Below, one piece after another: positions 63,357 through 63,508 of a stretch of DNA of 63,508 bases (its first letter is position 1; the number at the start of each line of letters is the position of its first letter). Source of the stretch: Chara braunii (Eukaryota; Plantae; Charophyceae); the NCBI GenBank assembly GCA_003427395.1, contig BFEA01000036.1, positions 3,344,640 through 3,408,147 of the forward strand, in the 5' to 3' direction. A model generated the notes under the pieces. The model was not told the origin of the DNA. It ran no database searches and worked only from the letters and a program-made list of their open reading frames with translations. Both the position numbers and the translations under genes were made by a program.

Positions 63357-63442
63357 AGGAACCGGACTGATCCTCCTCAGAATGGAACGGAGCCAAAGCC
63401 GTCAGGCCCCGTCTTTTGTTGGGGGGAAAAAAACAGATAGGC

Positions 63443-63508
<66 letters not shown>

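Overview
Eukaryotic, repeat-rich window. The plant-type U6, the iMet-primed Ty3/Gypsy chromoviruses and the very large introns suggest a streptophyte alga such as Chara (inference). Most of the window lies inside one minus-strand MATE/DTX transporter gene of the FRD3/DTX42-47 type. Six exons join in frame: 62134-61959, 56370-56235, 53624-53528, 44404-44304, 39825-39662 and 2249 into the N-gap. The 37.4-kb intron (2250-39661) holds a nested transposon stack resolved by target-site duplications (TSDs). A probable outer LTR remnant (2633-38737) contains a Gypsy chromovirus (4240-38525). That element contains a second Gypsy (5457-13675, splitting the host chromodomain), a hAT-type insertion (15690-16812), a full-length 11.3-kb L1/Tx1-like LINE (20981-32285) and a 4.6-kb solo LTR (33326-37905). 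The remaining intronic DNA carries four A-tailed U6 snRNA retrocopies, a tRNA-derived SINE, tiny LINE-tail retroposons sharing a 3' motif, Tourist-like MITEs and degenerate Gypsy/LINE fragments. All TE coding regions are broken. No database searches were run.
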